From: Mobula hypostoma
Lineage: Eukaryota
DNA: 64,000 nucleotides
Reading direction: 5' to 3'
NCBI RefSeq assembly: GCF_963921235.1
Contig: NC_086108.1
Span: 51,834,001 to 51,898,000 of the forward strand
Position numbers and translations under genes: made by a program. The notes under the pieces are model-generated. The model saw nothing but the letters and a program-made list of their open reading frames with translations. It ran no database searches and was not told the DNA's origin. Below, piece by piece: positions 26,373 through 38,410 of the stretch (position 1 is the stretch's first letter; every line of letters starts with the position of its first letter).

Positions 26373-28075
26373 CACCTCGATCGTGACCCCACTAAGGAGC
26401 ACCAGGCCATTGTCTCCCACACCATCACCGACTTTAGCCACTCAGGGGATCTCCCATCCACTGCTACCAACCTTATAGTTCCCATACCCCACACTTCCCG
26501 TTTCTACCTCCTACCCAAGATCCACAAACCTACCTGTCTCGGTAGACCTATTGTCTCAGCTTGCTCCAGCACCACCGAACTCATTTCTGCATACCTCGAC
26601 ACGATTTTATCCCCCCTTGTTCAATCCCTTCCTACCTATGTTCGTGACACTTCTCACACTCTTAAACTTTTCGATGATTTTAAGTTCCGTGGCCCCCACC
26701 GCTTTATTTTCACCATGGATGTCCAGTCCCTACATACTTCCATCCCCCATCAGGAAGGTCTCAAAGTTCTCCACTTCTTTTTGGATTCTAGACCTAACCA
26801 GTTCCCCTCTACCACCACTCTGCTCCGTCTAGCGGAATCAGTCCTTACTCTCAATAATTTCTCCTTTGGTTCCTCCCACTTCCTCCAAACTAAAGGTGTA
26901 GCTATGGGCACCCATATGGGTCCCAGCTATGCCTGCCTTTTTGTTCGCTTTGTGGAACAATCTATGTTCCAAACTTATTCTGGTATCTGTCCCCCACTTT
27001 TCCTTCGCTACATCGACGACTGCATTGGCACTGCTTCCGGCACGCATGCTGAGCTCGTTGACTTCATTAACTTTGCCTCCAACTTTCACCCTGCCCTTAA
27101 GTTTACCTGGTCCATTTCTGACACCTCCCTCCCCTTTCTAGATCTTTCTGTCTCTATCTCTGGAGACAGCTTGTCTACTGATGTCTACTATAAGCCTACT
27201 GACTCTCACAGCTATCTGGACTATTCCTCTTCTCACCCTGTCTCTTGCAAAAATGTCATCCCCTTCTCACAATTCCTCCATCTCTGCCGCATCTGCTCTC
27301 AGGATGAGGCTTTTCATTCCAGGATGAGGGAGATGTCCTTCTTTTTTTAAAGAAAGGGGCTTCCCTTCCTCCACCATCAACTCTGCTCTGAAATGCATCT
27401 CCCCCATTTCACGCACATCTGTTCTCACTCCATCCTCCCGCCACCCCACTAGGAATAGGGTTCCCCTTGTCCTCACCTACCACCCCACCAGCCTCCGGGT
27501 CCAACATATTATTCTCCGTAACTTCCGCCACCTCCAACAGGATCCCACCACTAAGCACATCTTTCCCTCCCTCCCCCCCTGCTTTCCGCAGGGATTGCTC
27601 CCTACGCGACTCCCTTGTCCATTCATCCCCCCCATCCCTCCCCACCGATCTCCCTCCCGGCACTTCTCCTTGTAAGTGGAACAAGTGCTACACATGCCCT
27701 TATACTTCCTCCCTCGCCACAATTCAGGGCTCCAGACAGACCTTCCAGGTGAGGTGACACTTCACCTATGAACCAGCTGGGGTGATATACTGCGTCCGGT
27801 GCTCCCAATGTGGCCATCTATATATTGGCGAGACCCGATGCAGACTGGGAGATCGTTTCGCTGAACACCTACACTCTGTCTGCCAGAGAAAGCAGGATCT
27901 CCCAGTGGCCACACATTTTAATTCCATGTCCCATTCCCATTCTGATACACCTATCCATGGCCTCCTCTACTGTAAAGATGAAGCCACACTCAGGTTGGAG
28001 GAACAACACCTTATATTCCGTCTGGGTAGCCTCCAACCTGATGGCATGAACATTGACTTCTCAAACTTCCGCTAA
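26373..28075 (+). pseudogene. Penelope RT and GIY-YIG endonuclease, disrupted
   Basis: FYLLPKIHK, RPIVS, MDVQSLHTSI, QTKGVAMGT, RYIDD, LPFLD and IYCVRC..LYIGET motifs. Frameshifts lie in a T-run (about 27345) and a C-run (about 27575), with a TGA at 27755-27757. Confidence 0.93.
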
Positions 28076-28374
28076 TGCCCCACCTCCCCCTCGTACCCCA
28101 TCCGTTATTTATTTACGTACACTCATTCTTTTCCTCGCTCTCCTTTATCTCCCTCTTTCCCTCTCACTATACCCCTTGCCCATCCTCTGGGCTTTTTTTC
28201 CCCCCCTCCCCCTTTTCTTTCTCCCTAGGCCTCCTGTCCCATGATCCTCTCATATCCCTTTTGCCAATCACCTGTCCAGCTCTTGGCTCCATCCCTCCCG
28301 CTCCTGTCTTCTATCATTTCGGATCTCCCCCTCCCCCTCCCAATTTCAAATCTCTTACTAGCTCTTCTTTCAGT

Positions 28375-28412
28375 TAGTCCTGACGAAGGGTCTCAGCCTG
28401 AAACGTCGACTA
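28375..28412 (+). ncRNA. Minimal hammerhead ribozyme motif in Penelope pLTR
   Basis: Stem I TAGTC/GACTA, core CTGACGA and GAAA, palindromic ACGT helix III. Predicted cleavage after GTC at 28407. Confidence 0.75.
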
Positions 28413-31400
28413 TACCTCTCCCTGGAGATGCTGCCTGGCCTGCTGCGTTCACCAGCAACTTTTATGTGTGTTGCTTCCAGTAGGATAGTGTCATGTTCCC
28501 TTGCCATTGCATTAACTGGCATAAACAGCTTTTTCCTCAGCTGTTACCTGGACATCCATGCACACCCCATTGACCCACTGCCTTAATAAGGATAGAGTTC
28601 TTCTCATCTGCACCCACCACCCATGAGCTTCTGCATTCAACATTTTGTGGGTGTTAAAACTGGGAATAGATATTCTTAGAGAAACATACAGCAGAGATGT
28701 GTTTTTTTTTATGGACCACTTGCACAGGGTTCTGGACAGATTTGTCCCACTGAGCCAAATCTCAGTGTCTTGCTTACCATCTAAGAAAGGATGGTACGGT
28801 ATGGTTGACATGAGAGGTGGAACTTTTAATTGAGGAAAAAGGAAGCATACGTAAGGTGTAGTAAGGAAAAATCAGGCAAGGCTTTTGAGACACAGGAAGG
28901 AGCATAAGATAGGACTTAGAGAGCTAGAAGGGGACATGAGAATGCCTTGGCAAATAGGATTAAGGGAAATCCTAAAGCCTTCTACACATCTGTGAAAAAC
29001 CGGAGAATGAGGTTAAAACCACTCAAGGATAAATGGGAAACATTACCTAGAAGTGGAGGTGGTAGAGATGATCCTTAATGAATACTTTGCTTTAATGTTC
29101 ACCAGTGAGAGTGATAATGATGAATGGGAGTTTAGCGTAGAACAGGCTAATATGGTGGAAAATGCTGAGGTTAAGAAAGAGGTTGAGTTGGGAGAGGTAG
29201 AGCTGAAAAACATTAGAATAGACAAGACCCCAGGGCCGGGCAGGATATACCCCATGTTACTATGAGAAATTGGGCATTGTTCAGGTTGTTGGGCATTGAG
29301 AATGATCTTTGTGAATCCCTGGCCATAGAAGAGTGGTATCAGAGGATTAAAGGATGGTACTGTAATTGTCCTGTTGTTTAATAAAGGTACTAGGATAATC
29401 CAGGGAATTATAAATTTGTATTTGAAAACCTATCACAAAGCATTTGTAGATTGGTTTCCAAATTCCATGACTTCCTTTATCAGAAGAAAGGTAATGGGGA
29501 TAATCCAGGGAATTATAGACCAGTGAGTTTTACATCAGTGATGGGCAAACTATTGGAGAGGATCCTTAGGGACCAGGATCTATAAGCATTTGGAGAAGGA
29601 TAGTCTTATTAGGGACAGTCACCATGGCTTTGTGGGGAGTAGGTCATGCCTCACAACCCTAACTGAGTTCTTTGAAAAGGTGACAAAACAAATTGATGAA
29701 GATGGAGCAGTGGATGTGGCGTACATGGATTTTACATCAGGCATTTGACAAGGTTCTCCATAGTAGGCTCATCCAGAAAGTCATGACGCATGGGATCCAT
29801 GGAAAGTCAGCTGCATGGATTCAGAACTGGTTGCCCACAGAAGACATGTGGAGCATATTCCACCTGGAAGACAGTGACTAGTGATGATCTGCAGGGAACT
29901 GTTCTAGGACACTTTCACTGTGATTCTTAAAATGGATTAGACGAGGAAATAGATCTGGGTTAGTAAATTCGCAATCAGAATAAGGTTTCATAACACTGGC
30001 ATATATCACGAAATTTGTTGTTTTTGCGGCAACAGTACAAGGCAATACATAATAATAATGAAACTATAAATTACAATAAGAACTATTTTTAAAATTAAAT
30101 TAAATTAGTAGTGCAAAAAGACAGCAAAAATATTGAAGCAGAGGTGTTTCGTTCATTTGTTTTTGTGCACGAGGAGGGATTTGGGGGTTGATGTGCCTGT
30201 TCCATTTTTGTTTGTTTTTGTTGTGCAGGGAGGGGAAATTTGGCAGGGGGGAGTTGATGATCATGCTGCCTTTCTTTTCCTTCTTGGTCTCATGGCTATC
30301 CAGAGAAGAAGAATTTCAGAGTTGTTCACTTTGATAATAAATGAACCTTAGAACCTTTATTCCTAAAACGTTGAGTGTGTGTCTTCAGGTTCCTGTACCT
30401 CCTTCTTGATGGTAGCAATGAGAAGAGGGTATGCCCTGGGTGATGAGGGTCCTTAATGATGTAAACCACCTTTTTGAGGCATTGCCATTTGAAGATGTCC
30501 TGCATGTAGGGGAGGCTAATGCCCATGATGGAGCTGGTTGAGTTCACAACTTTCTACAGCTTTTTCCGATCCTGTGCAGTCACCCCTCCATACCAGAAGG
30601 TGACGCAACCAGTTAAAATGCTCTCCATGGTACATCTGTAGAAATTTGTGAGAGTCTTTGCTGTTATACCAAGTCTCTTCAAACCCCTGATGAAATATGG
30701 CTGCTGTCATGCCTTTTTTCTAATCGTATCAACATGTTGGACCCAGGATAGAACTTCAGAGATGTTCATACACAGGAACTTGCTCACCATTTCCACTGCT
30801 GATCACTCAATGAGGACTAGCGTGTGTTCCCTCGACTTCCCCTTCCTGAAGTCTGCAGTCAATTCCTTGATCTTATTGACGTTGAGTGCACAGTTGTTGT
30901 TATGACGCCACTCAACCAGTTGATCTTTCTCACTCCTATATGCCTCCTTGTCACCATATGAAATTCTGCCAACAATAGTTGTATCATTGGCAAATTTATA
31001 GATGGTGCTGGAGCTGTGCCTAGCCACACATTTGTGGACGTAGAGAGAGAAGGGCAGTGGGCTAAGCATGCATCTTTGAGGTGTATCAGTGTTGATTGTT
31101 AGTGAGATGTTATTTCTGATCTGAACTGACTATGGTCTCCCAGTGAGGAAGCCAAGCACCAGGTGGTACAGAGGCCCAGACACTTTGGATCTGTTGATTA
31201 GTACTGAGGGCGTCATGGCGTTGAACGCTGAGCTGTAATCAATAAACAGCCGCCTGACATAAATATTGCTATTGTCCAGGTGATCTAACAAAAGTGGAGC
31301 GTCAGTAAGATTGCATTCACTGAAGACCTATTGTGGCGATGGGTAAATTGCAGCATGTCCAGGTCCTTGCTTAGGCAGGAGTTGATTCTGGCCATGACGA

Positions 31401-32156
31401 AACTCTTAACACACTTCATCACAGTAAATGTGTGTGCCACTGGGCAACTGTCATTGAGGCAGCTCACCCTGCTCTTGTTGGACACTGGTATGATTGTTGC
31501 CCTTTTAAAGTAGGTGGGAACCTCTGACTGCAGCAGTGAGGGGTTAAAAACTTGAACATTTCCACCAGTAAGTTGGCACAGGTTTTCACTACCCTACCAG
31601 GAATACCATCAGGGACTGACACCTTATGAGGGCTCAACCTCTCAAAAGATGTTTTGACGTTGGTCTCCAAGACAGAGATCACAGGGTCACCAGATGCTGC
31701 AGGGATTTGTATAGGTATTGTTTTATTCTCCCTTTTAAAACATGCATAGGTGTTGAGCTCATCTGGGAGTGAGGCATCACAGCCATTCATGATGTTAGGT
31801 TTCGCCTTCATCTCTAACTTCAATCAGAATTGTTTTCTCACTTTTAAAGTAGCCTTCTTTAGGTCATACCTCGACTTCTTGTATAGTTCTGGATTATCTG
31901 TCTTGATGCAGATCTAGCCCTTACCAGATTATAAATCTCCTGGTTCATCCACAGCTTCTGGTTTGGGTATGTCCGGCATGTTTTGAAAGGCACACACAGG
32001 TCTTGAAGAAGCTGGTGACAACTGTGGCATATTCATTCAGATTCAAAGATGGGTCCCCAAATATCGTCCAGTCCACCAACTCAAAGCAGTCCTGTAAGCA
32101 CTCCTCTATCTCGCTTGACCATTGGTGGTGTGGTCTTTAAGGCTCTGCCTGTATGC

Positions 32157-32720
32157 TGTGTTTGTCCATTGTCGACGTCAATGAGGACCTCAACGCCATT
32201 ATGATGGTGTCGAGACTAGCGCATGATTTGGATTTAAGTGAGGGACAGTTGTGCAGCATCAGCCTCACTCTCTCTTCCCAATTCCCATCTGGATCCAGTG
32301 GCAAGACAGAGTCCAGACGGCTAGAGGTGGGACTAGGCGCTGTGGATGATGAAGATGTCTTCTGTGTCTTGTCCTGATCTACACATTCCACGACACTTGC
32401 AGAGACCGCCTTCTTGACCGTTCGACCTTCCATTGGTCTTGTCTGCTCTATCTGCCGGAGTCTGTCTTCACATGCTGGGATAGACAACTCCCTATCTCAC
32501 CAAGGGTTTCAGACCCATCAGCTACCCTCACCTGGTTTAGCCGGCTTGTCAAAGCCATTGCCCGGGGTGTGGCCACTATCGCATGCAAACAGCTACGGGG
32601 AGCCACAGGGGAGAGTTGAGTGCCAGGTGGGGACCAAAGGTGGACTAACTACCTTGAAAAGGACGTGACATGTTCCCCCACCAGAGGTGCTATCCCTCCC
32701 TAACACCCCATACACCCCAA
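32157..32720 (-). mobile_element. RTE-derived non-autonomous element/SINE inserted in the Rex1/Babar LINE
   Basis: Non-coding RTE 5'UTR-like sequence flanked by ATGCT on both sides. The host LINE resumes immediately afterwards. Confidence 0.7.
32527..32718 (-). ncRNA. Candidate HDV-like self-cleaving ribozyme
   Basis: P1 GGGGTGT/ACACCCC, P3 GGC/GCC, L3 starting TCCCCG, P1.1 GG, P4 GGCTT/AAGCC, J4/2 GGCTAA and P2' ACCAGGTGAG occur in HDV order. Confidence 0.55.
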
Positions 32721-34419
32721 ATGCTAGGAGTAGAAGTATAGCCAGGTGATACAACCTTCCTAAGCACCAGCATGAGATGGCATGGTAAGCATTCCTGATC
32801 ATGGGATAACGGTGGTCTAGCATGTTGGGTCCTCTTGTTCTACAGGTGATATTTTGGTGGTAGTTGTTCAAAAACTTCTTCAAATTAGGTTGGTTTAAAT
32901 ACAACATAATGGTTGGGAAGGTATCAGGGTGCATTATTTTGTGACAGCTGATCACAGTGCTCAGCTCCTCCAATGCCTGTCTGATGATGGCCAAGGGTGG
33001 AATGTACATCGCTACCAGATATCAGCAGAAAAGTCCTGTGGCAGATAAAATGGACAGCACTTGACCACTAATTGTTCCAGGTTGGGTGAGCAGGATTGAG
33101 ACAGAACTGTCATGCCTGCCCACTATGATGAGGTAACCATGAATCATACTCCACCTTTAACTTTAAAAGAGTCAGCTGTCCTGTCTTTTCAGTGGATGGT
33201 AAAGCCTTTGGGCTGCAGCACTGCATCTACATTGGTGGGGGTTAGCCATGTTTCCATGAAGCAAAGTGCACTGGAATCCCTGAAGTTCCTCTAGTACTGC
33301 AATCTTTCAATGAGGTCTTCAATTTTACTTTCCAGAGTGTGTGCATTTGCCAGCAGGATAGTCAGGAGTGGGAGTCTAAGGTCTCTGCATTTCAATCGTA
33401 CCTACAGGCCAGCCCGCTTTCCATGCTTCCATTTTCTTAAAGGAGAACTGCACTCCTAACCCGAGTCTGCCAATTTTGAGGATCAATATATTTTTAAAGA
33501 TCTTAAAATCATGTTGCTTACTGTAGTACCCAAAGCTGTGTCTGTGCATTTCAGATGTACTAGTGCTAAATAGAAATGGTTGATTCCCATTGGAGCTGTA
33601 CGCAAAGTGTCGTTTCTTATCGGTGTCATCTTAATCTCATTTTAAGTTTGCAGATGACACAGAAATTGGAGGTGTTGTGAATAGTGTGGAAGGTTGTCGT
33701 AGGTTACAATGGGGTATAAATATGATGCCGTGTTAAGTGGAGAAGTGGCAGATGGAGTTCAACCTGAGAAATTGTTAAGTGATATACTTTGAAAGTTGAA
33801 ATTGAAGTCCGAGTACAAGGCGAATGGCAAGATTCTTAGCAATGTGGAGAAACTGGGGGAGCTTGAGGTCCATGTCCATAGATTGCACAAAATTTCCATG
33901 CCAGTGGATAGAAGGCTTATGTTGTGATGGTCTTCATTAGTTGGGGTATTGAGTTCAAGAGCTGCAAAGTAATGTTGAAGATCTATAAAATTTTGGTTAG
34001 ACCACATTTATTTCTGGTCACCTCATTTTAGGAAAGATGTGGAAGCTTTGGAGAAGGTGCAGAGGAAACTTAACAGGAAGCTGCCTGAATTAGAGAACAT
34101 GTCTTTTGAGGACAGACTGAGCAAGTTAGGGTTTTTCTCTTTTGACCAAAGGGGGGTGGGGAAAGGCAACTTGATAGAGGCATATAAAATTATGAGGGAC
34201 ATGGAGAGATTGGATAGCCAGCACGTCTTTTTGAGGGCAGCGATGGCCAATACCAGAGGACATCTGTTTAAGGTGATTGGAGGTAAACTTTGGGGAGCTG
34301 ACAGGTTTAGGCTTTTACACAGAGAATGGCATGTGTCTGGAACACACTGCTGGGGGTGGAAATAGAGGTCGATATACTAGGGACATTTGAAAGAATTAGA
34401 TAGGCACATGGATATAGAA

Positions 34420-34710
34420 ATTTATTTATTTAGTGATACTGTGTGGAGTAGGCCCTTTCGGCCCTTTGAGCCACACTGCCCTGGCAACCCCCAACAAACC
34501 CAATTAACCCTAGCCTAATCACGGAACAATTTACAATGACTAATTATCCTGGTACATTTGGACTCTGGGAGGAAACCGGAATCTCCAAGGAAAACCCTTG
34601 CAGTTCCAAGGGGAGGATGTACAGACTCCTTACAGATGGTGCCAGAATTGAACTCCGCACTCCAAATGCCCTGAGCTGTAATAGCGTTGCACTAACCACT
34701 GTGCTACCAT
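34420..34710 (-). mobile_element. V-domain SINE
   Basis: Reverse complement of the V-domain (TTTGGACTCTGGGAGGAAACCGGA) and a (TTTA)n tail. Confidence 0.8.
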
Positions 34711-35169
34711 GAAATATGGAGCTTTATGTGGCATGTAGGAGTAAAGGGTTAGATTGATCATGAAGTAGATTTACATAATTTTAAAAATATATATATTACT
34801 TCTGTTTTTGCACCATTATTAATTTACTTAATATACATATATATACCTACTATAATTGATTCACTTATTTATTTTTTCTTTCTATATTATCATGTATTGC
34901 ATTGTACTGCTGCAGCTAAGTTAACAAATTTCACGACACATGCTGGTGATAATAAACTTGATTCTGATTCTGGACCAGCAAAACATTGTGGGTCAAAGGG
35001 CCCGTGCTGTGCTGTTTTTTTCTATGTTCTATTACACCATTTATGTAATATCTAACAAAAGAAAGTGTATTAGAAGAGTGTTGGAGAGCCTAGGGAATCT
35101 ATTGGATTAGCACCACCAAAGCCATGAGGGATCCACATTAGCTGAGTTTCATGGAAGAATATTTTTGGA

Positions 35170-36050
35170 TGACTCCCAAAACAATTAGGAACACACTGTA
35201 TTTCTTGGATGCTTTTTATTAATGTTTAAAGAGACACTGCTGACATTGGGAGATGAGAGGGTGGTTATATAAGTCAGCAAGTAAGAGAGCTAGCAGATGG
35301 AATGTAATGTGTGAAAATGTGAAATTATCCACTTTGGAAGAAGAATGAAATATTATATAACTGCTGTAATACAAACGGTGTTGAGGAATCCATAGTATAA
35401 AATAAGTGGTTAGCATGCAGGTACAGCAAGCATTAAGAATACTAACGTAATGTTGCTTTTTACTGAAAGGATAATAGAGTATAATTATAAAAGTTGAAAA
35501 GTTCTGATGCATCTTTACAGGATATTGATAAAAATGTACTTGGAGAATTGTGTTCAGTTTTGCTCTCCATATTTAAGGAAGGATATTCCTACATTGGAAG
35601 TAGTGAGAGATGTCAGTATAATGATTCCTAGGATAAATGTTTGATGTATAAAAAGAGACTGAGCAAGCTGGCCTGTACTCACTGGACTTTAGAAGAATGG
35701 GAAGTGATCGTATGGAAACATACCGTACAAGAATCTGTGGGGGATTGACAGGAAGGCTGCTGAGATGTTTTCTCAACTGGGTACAACTAAAATCAGGAAT
35801 CACAGTTTCAAAATATGGGGCCAGCCATTTAAGAAGCAGAGGAGAATGAATTTCTTCTGACTCTTTAGAATTCTCTAACCCAGAAAGCTGCAGAGCAGAA
35901 GTCACTGAAAATATTTAAGCCGGAGATTGACAGACATCTGAACAAGGGGAGAGAGTGGGAAAATAGATGCTAAGTCATGATCTTATTGAATGGTGGAGCA
36001 GACTGAAGGAACCTAGTGGCCTACTCCTGCTCATATTTCTTATGTTTCTG
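35170..36050 (+). mobile_element. Old CR1 3' fragment
   Basis: Decayed LENCVQF and LYSLDFRRMGSD motifs, ending in a CR1 3' end (GGCCTACTCCTGCTC...TTCTTATGTT). Confidence 0.8.
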
Positions 36051-36177
36051 TTGACTATCAAAGTTCTAACTAACTGCAAGTTGATCAGATATATTCCTCG
36101 GTTTAAAATTAACAGTGAATGCTTTGTCCAGCATTTGACTGTTAATGTATTTATTCATTGTGTGCCTCAGTAATGCC

Positions 36178-38410
36178 TTCTTCTTAGGCAGTCCATTGAG
36201 ATTGAGAATGACTTACTTTCACTCCCGTTTTATTGGTTCTGAAGTGACTAATGAGGCCAATGTGGGAACTTCAGACTCTTCCACAGATGGGAGACGTGCA
36301 GATCGGTGGGTAGTTTGTGAGATGATCCTCTCCTTCAGACACTTATGCAGAGCTTATGTAATCTGTTGCATAGACCTGGGCTCTCAATACCACCTTCTCC
36401 ATCTGAAGCAATCATGGATCGCAGATTTGGTTTCTCACCGGGGGTGTTGCAAGTCTTCTTAGAGGTTTTCAACACATTTTTGATTTTTTTTCTTCTGTTG
36501 TTAAACCCCTCCCAAGACAGGGCTTGGAATAAAGTGATTTTTTTTTTGGTAATCTGGTACTGATATGGCCTGCCCAACATAGTCAATGGATTACTCATGA
36601 TGTTGGGCACTATGTTGCAATAAGAGGACACTAACATTGGGTTCACATGCTCTTCCAATGAATTTGAAGGACCTTGTGGAAAAACTATTGGTATTTTTCC
36701 AGAGTCTTGTAATACCTATTGTGGGTAATTGAGATCTCAGAAAGCAAGGATCACTACTGCCTGGCATATCATTAACTTTCAAGCTAAACCATCAATTTTG
36801 ATTTTCAAAAAGAGATTACAGTCTATGCTTGCACATTGAAGGTGGTGTTGAACTTCATCACTGATGACTGCCTTTACTGGGAGATGGGTCCAGAGATACG
36901 GGAAGTGGTCCCCACATGTTCCAATATCTCGTTGTTGGAGGGAATCTGATGCTGTAGAGGTATGTTGACAGAAGATCTTTATTTTACACATACTGAGTAG
37001 GAGGCCTATCATCCTGTATGCTTCAGTAAAGTGCCAGCAATGGCCTGGAGATCAGCCTCTAAGCATGTGTAAACTCAGTAAGCACCTGGAAATTGACTGC
37101 TGAGGATTGAGTAACCTTAGTCTGGAGCTGAACTGCTTCCCATTATAGGAAGTTTGTTGGAAGTGAAGAACAACATTTGGACAATCTGACAAAAGAATTG
37201 AGGCAACAATTCAGGCTTGTTTGACAGAGGTCTTCACTGGGAATAAACCCATTGGGTAAGACACTTTTGGCAGCAGTCCATTACTACTGTTTTTGGATGA
37301 AGAATAACAGGATTTATAGTAGATGCCACAACAGTGCCACTTTTTCACTTTGAAGAATATGATCTACCCTAAATAATATGTTTGAACAGTGTTGGTGTCC
37401 AAATAGTTTTTAAACAACAAAAAACATCAAATCCTAGCAAAATCATGAATTATAACATTTTTGTCTGAACCTTTAATTTCTTCTAGTTTTATTGTTTTAT
37501 TAGGTTTTGAAACCTCTGTGTCTGTGGTCTGGGTGCTTAAAAATCACCCTTCCTTTCAAGTCTACACAGATGTCCCTAATGCCCAATGAGACACTCTTGT
37601 CCAAGATGAGCTGATGTTAGACTGCAACCCAGGGCCAAATGAAGGACTGGTCTGGAATTGCTAGCTGCACAGCATAGTTCAACATGTTGCCTTAAGAGGC
37701 CTTGATGGGAAATAATTTGGTGGTCTTGTGATGGGGTGATCAGTGCCCTGAATCAGCAAACAAAGCAACTTCTTAAGGTCTGGGCATGCAGTTGGTCAAC
37801 AATCTGCTGACATTTAATCTTCTGCACCTTTGTCTCAATTTCCAAACTTGGAGCTGAACTGACGAAGAACTTGAAACAATGCTCTTCTATTTTCATTCTT
37901 TTCCTCAGCTCTCTTTGCATTCTGATTTGAAACCTGTTCATTCCGAAGAAAGGTATGAGTTGTTGTGGAGTGAGGGATTGACATATTAGTCTCTGCATAT
38001 CTCAGCCTCTTTCTGCTCATCGTGGCATCTATGGGAGCATGCAAGACAGCAATCTGCTAACATGCAGCCTCTCCCTGTCATGAAAGACAGGTAATTCCAT
38101 ATTTGCAATGTGGCTTTGCCCTTGGAGAATTGTTAACACCTCTTGGGCTGTGCCCATGCCACTGAAGAAAGCAACCTTCTCCACTTATGGCATCTTACTA
38201 CTCAATGATCAGTGATCTCTTCAGGAGTGGCTCCTCCTTGACCAAAGAGGATATCAAACTGCTCCCTGATGTCACAGTGCTGTTCTATCCTGCATACTGT
38301 CTTAAAAAGCATTTACTGTATGTATGTGGACAAAGTTTAAAGAACTGCTCATACTCTGGACCCCTGCTTTAGCCGCACATCCCTCCTGCACTCTGGAAAA
38401 ACATCACACT
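36178..38410 (-). mobile_element. Old RTE LINE, heavily decayed
   Basis: RTE-like 3' end (TTCTTAGGCAGTCC on the plus strand) and motifs DHFPYL, AVISDEVQHHLQCAS and KKIKNVLKTSKK. Confidence 0.7.

Larger units (their letters stand above)
26373..28475 (+). mobile_element. Penelope-like retroelement, 5'-truncated and relatively young
   Basis: RT, then GIY-YIG endonuclease, then pLTR with a hammerhead motif. Confidence 0.95.
29975..33640 (-). mobile_element. Near full-length decayed Rex1/Babar-like LINE
   Basis: 5' end AAGATGACACCG at about 33630. Endonuclease remnants (CF.ETWL, PNMLDH) and RT remnants (LSPLPFSLY, KFANDTTIVG, PHHPGHTLFSLLPS). Confidence 0.88.
28830..35030 (+). mobile_element. 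CR1 LINE, split by Rex1/Babar (29975-33640) and SINE insertions
   Basis: NPKAFY, KTPGPGRIYP, NPGNYRPVS and AFDKVLHSRL motifs. It breaks at AAATTCGCA (about 29973), resumes with AAGTTTGCAGATGACAC (about 33644) and runs to the CR1 3' end. Confidence 0.88.
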
